DNA of 64,000 bases from Octopus sinensis. Lineage: Eukaryota. The notes under the pieces are model-generated. The model did not search any database. It saw only the letters and a program-made list of their open reading frames with translations, and was not told where the DNA came from. A program made the translations under genes and the position numbers. Shown one piece after another: positions 61,620-64,000 of this stretch; the stretch's first letter is position 1, and every line of letters begins with the position of its first letter. The DNA is taken from assembly GCF_006345805.1 (NCBI RefSeq), contig NC_043000.1:75020001-75084000 (forward strand), read 5' to 3'.

Positions 61620-62090
61620 AGGTCAAGTTATTTTTTGAAAACATCTACACCTACTCCATGTAGATCCCTCAGATGTTTTGGCAAGGTATTAAGTAGCCAT
61701 GGGCCCTTGAATCCCAAAGCTATTACAGTACATGGACCTCACTCTAGATGGGACAGTTGGAACCTTTAAAACAATGCAGTGACATCCAGTTTGGGGGCTG
61801 GTATAGCACTTGATGCCGTAGATTGGTGCCAACCTCTCCAGGATCTTCCATACATATATCACTGCATATCTCTCCTGTCTTCACTTCAGGGAGTAGAGCC
61901 GTAGCTTTTTTGTTCTCTCCCAGTAGCTCAGCTGTTCCATTAATGCAATCTTCTTGATGTAGCACTGCTGAACTGCCTCAAGTTTTGCTGTTAATTTGAT
62001 ACTGTGAGGTGACCACAATATTAATGTCTTCCAAAGAACCAGCATAGTTTCCTGATCCTTTGTTCTCAAGGTCCTCAGAATCCATCTATT
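61620..62090 (-). mobile_element. CR1-type LINE RT C-terminal remnant
   Basis: KLEAVQQCYIKKIALMEQLSYWERTKKLRLYSL (61881-62069). Confidence 0.65.
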
Positions 62091-62741
62091 ATGTATGGGG
62101 TTCCTTCCTCTTTAAAGTACCATATGTGGCTGGCCAGAGATTTGGTGTTGTATCTTTCCAGTATCCTTAAAGAGGGCTTGTGTTTGTTCAGACATTGCTT
62201 AGACGAGACCGCAGTTGAACTGACATACTTTTGTGTCTGTGTACTGGATGTGCAACCACATCTGATGTTTCTTTGTTGTTGTTGCTTGAGTTGCTGCCAG
62301 TGCTGATATTCCTGGATTTGATTCTGGTGGTTCCATTGCTGCTGACATAGCAGCTATTTCTAGATGCTATATTGGTGTTGCTACTGCCATCATAATTGTT
62401 GGTATTGTTGTCTCTGTTACTTGATGCATTGCTGTTGTAGGTACCACCACCACTGTCGTTGTTGTTGTCAGCAGATGTGTCATTGCTGCTTTGGCTGTTA
62501 TTCTGGCTGCTGTGGTGGCCACCCCCTCAGCTTTGCATTAGTCTTCCCTCCACATTCAGCAGTCATTGTACACCCTACATGAGCATTCTGCCTCTGCTCA
62601 TGGTCTAAAGGTGTTCATTAAACGTTTCTTAATGTTTTGTGCACAACTGAAGGATGCCCTCTGTAATTGGCCATAACTTATGACTTCCTAAGAAATATAT
62701 TACTTTAGAATGTACTTCTTTTTCAGATATATGAACTGCTG

Positions 62742-62785
<44 letters not shown>

Positions 62786-62859
62786 CATGTATATACATAT
62801 ATATATATAATATGAGAAAAAGAGAAAGAAAATGGAATTCACAGTAAATTACAAGGTTG

Positions 62860-63075
62860 TCAAGTGTTGGTGGGGAACATACACAGACACAAAGACACAC
62901 ACATGCATATATAGATAGCAGGCTTCTTTTAGCTTCTGTCTACCAAATTCACTCATAAAGCTTTGGTCGGCCTGAGATTAATGTGAAACATACTGCCCCA
63001 GGTGCCACACAGTGGAACTGAACCCAGAATTGTGGTTGGAAAGCAAGCTTCTTATTACACAGCCATGCCTGCGCC
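62860..63075 (-). mobile_element. Partial family A SINE
   Basis: caggcttcttttagcttctgtctaccaaattcactca...gtggaactgaaccc matches the family A head and core. Confidence 0.65.
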
Positions 63076-63097
63076 TATATATATATGTATATATGTA

Positions 63098-64000
63098 CAG
63101 TGTGGAGGTACCCAGAAGTAACTGGAAACGTTCTCTGTGGAACAAGCCCATTGTTGTTCAGGCTTCTTCCACTAGAAGTCATTTGATGCAGCCCTCGAGC
63201 ATCAGTCAGCCAACTAGTGGTGTTGACTGAAGTCATACTGCCAAGTGGTGCGTCTTTGTTTTACAGTGCTTCTCCCCTATTTGTTGATTTTTGTGATGGC
63301 TGAAACAAAGGAACAGTGTGCTTCCATGAAATTCTGTTTTCTGCTGGAGAAAACAGCAGCCAAAACAGTTGTCATGCTTCAAACAGCTTACAAGGACATT
63401 GCCATGAGCAAAACATAAGTCCACAAGTGGTTTTCACACTTTAGGAATGGTTGCTTGTCGCTTGAAGACCAACCTCATTCAGGGCAACTGTCAACCTCCT
63501 GAACAAATGAAAACATCATGAAAATTCATGAACTGATCTTGGAAGACCATCACCAAACAATTGACAAATTTGTTGATATGACTAGTGTATCCTCAACTTC
63601 TTGCCAATGAATTTTGAGCGAGGAATTATGAAGGAAAAGTGTTGCAGCATAATTTGTACCTCGCTTACTCACAGAAGATCAAAAGCAGTCAGGACTGAAT
63701 GTGAGTCAAGAACTGGAAGAACAGTCAGAAGTTGATCCAAACCTTTTTCAAAAGTCATCACTGTTGATGGAAAGCTGGTGCTACAGCTACGACCCAGAAA
63801 CAAAGTAGCAATCAAGTCAGTGGAAGCATTCAATGTCACATAAAGCACATCAAATGAATTCCAATGTCAAGATGATGCTGATTTGTTTCATTGATGTGAA
63901 AGGAATTGTCCACACAGAATTTGCTTCTCCTGGTCAAACTGTTAACCAAATTTTACTTGGCAGTTTTGAAGTGTTTGCGAGATGCTGTAAGATGAAAATG
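63098..64000 (+). mobile_element. Degenerate mariner transposon (runs off the window)
   Basis: FVPRLLTEDQK, WCYSYDPETK and KMMLICFIDVKGIVHTEF motifs with stops; TA-flanked left end. Confidence 0.8.

Overview
AT-rich, repeat-dense animal genomic DNA. I infer an Octopus species from the mix of SINEs, RTE LINEs, Penelope-like elements (PLEs) and microsatellites; this is not verified. A + strand host gene of unknown identity is spread over about 43 kb. Five phase-compatible exons (1505-1562, 4822-4910, 14612-14733, 19224-19390, 43258-43316) join into one open C-terminal frame. Most of the rest is transposon-derived: an R4/Dong-type non-LTR element interrupted by a Mag-like Gypsy fragment, about ten copies or fragments of an RTE LINE family, three or four PLEs, three mariners, Tx1/L1, CR1, piggyBac and Helitron remnants, and three tRNA-derived SINE families. 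The most striking object is a young GC-rich Ty3/Gypsy element at 54524-58136 with a 5-bp GAGAT target-site duplication (TSD). Its primer-binding site (PBS, AGCTATTTCGGC) is the exact complement of the FIRST 12 nt of metazoan tRNA-Phe rather than of a tRNA 3'-CCA end, which suggests priming by a 5' tRNA fragment. The same element has an internal inversion with deletions, a GGGAAAC -1 frameshift site with an H-type pseudoknot, and a 5x CRE-like array in the LTR. Several hammerhead-ribozyme-like motifs also occur, in a tRNA-headed SINE, a 357-bp retrozyme-like unit folded into a long palindrome, and a PLE terminal repeat. All calls were made by eye from the sequence and the ORF track; no database searches were run, and many element boundaries are approximate.
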